A stretch of DNA of 64,000 nucleotides. It comes from Pavona decussata. Its lineage: Eukaryota. The notes under the pieces are model-generated. The model saw only the letters and a program-made list of their open reading frames with translations, had not been told where the DNA came from and searched no databases. Made by a program: the position numbers and the translations under genes. Location: contig CDRNST010000233.1 in assembly GCA_977016875.1 (NCBI GenBank), forward strand, positions 5,146,001 through 5,210,000. Direction: 5' to 3'. Of the stretch, positions 63,945 through 64,000 are shown piece by piece; positions within the stretch are counted from its first letter, which is position 1, and each line of letters starts with the position of its first letter.

Positions 63945-64000
63945 ACTTCCGTATTACAGATGCGCGCGAAATGGGGTCCCAATTTCCGCGCGGTGAAACA

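Noticed and set aside
63674-63996. Overlapping near-identical ORFs on both strands
   Set aside because: An artefact of the 144-bp palindromic element.

Overview
This is eukaryotic animal genomic DNA: AT-rich, with GT-AG introns and many short palindromic MITEs and SINEs. The repeat style suggests a scleractinian coral or other anthozoan (inference). I reconstructed four spliced genes by hand, with reading phase consistent across junctions. (1) The 5' exons of an unidentified minus-strand gene with a mitochondrial-transit-like N-terminus. One of its introns carries a 6.7-kb TIR element (865-7599) with huge GATC-rich subterminal arrays. (2) DNAAF3 (8251-18323, 15 exons, ~478 aa), head-to-head with gene 1 with only ~150 bp between start codons. 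(3) An FSIP2-like gene (20171-34456, 10 exons, ~2517 aa) with a 5.8-kb exon encoding AKAP-like amphipathic helix repeats and 11-aa SPR/SK repeats. (4) The most notable feature: a gene (42436 to beyond 63697) whose N-terminus is clearly p120/delta-catenin-type, but which continues in frame into at least four LOXHD1-type PLAT domains. Each PLAT is a skippable phase-1 two-exon cassette, interleaved with Pro/Thr/Tyr-rich linker exons. No armadillo repeats are reached inside the window. L2/CR1 LINE fragments, tRNA-derived SINEs, several MITE families and microsatellites fill the introns. No CRISPR array, rRNA or convincing tRNA gene is present. All identifications rest on motifs recognised from memory; no database search was run.
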